From Octopus vulgaris (lineage: Eukaryota): DNA of 64,000 nucleotides. This document shows positions 63,982-64,000 of the stretch, piece by piece. The position numbers and the translations under genes are program-made. Under the pieces are notes generated by a model that was not told where the DNA came from, searched no databases, and saw only the letters and a list, made by a program, of their open reading frames with translations. The DNA lies in the NCBI GenBank assembly GCA_951406725.2, contig OX597817.1:24242001-24306000 (forward strand), given 5' to 3'. Each line of letters opens with the position of its first letter. The first letter of the stretch is position 1.

Positions 63982-64000
63982 TTGAAAAATACCTTAGGAA
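63861..64000 (+). mobile_element. tRNA-headed repeat, right arm (inverted left arm at 63257-63330 plus ~61010-61342)
   Basis: A box TGGTGTAGTGG, B box GTTCGATTCC, then (AAT)n and AAAAATACCTTAGGAA; reverse-complement pieces lie on the left. Confidence 0.75.

Overview
AT-rich eukaryotic DNA that is mostly intronic or intergenic. The tRNA-derived SINE families, (TA/CA)n tracts and a C2H2 zinc-finger fragment suggest an octopus (cephalopod) genome; this is inference. No complete cellular gene is visible, only a few candidate exons, and nearly all ORFs in the track are microsatellite or SINE artefacts. The window is a transposon graveyard: Gypsy remnants and two solo LTRs, a decayed Penelope-like element, RTE LINEs (one with a PHD finger inside its RT), CR1 and R4/Dong fragments, mariner/Tc1, hAT-Charlie, Chapaev3-like, Helitron and piggyBac-type elements, and many SINEs. 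The most striking signal is a set of hammerhead ribozyme (HHR) motifs in several unrelated inverted or tandem repeats. The best is a ~491-nt non-coding unit at 20.56-21.71 kb, arranged as tandem plus inverted copies inside the terminal repeat of the Penelope element. It carries a canonical HHR with an unusually long stem II and has many G-U-containing hairpins on one strand, making it a candidate retrozyme (viroid-like circular RNA). All coordinates and pairings were read by eye, and repeat boundaries are approximate.
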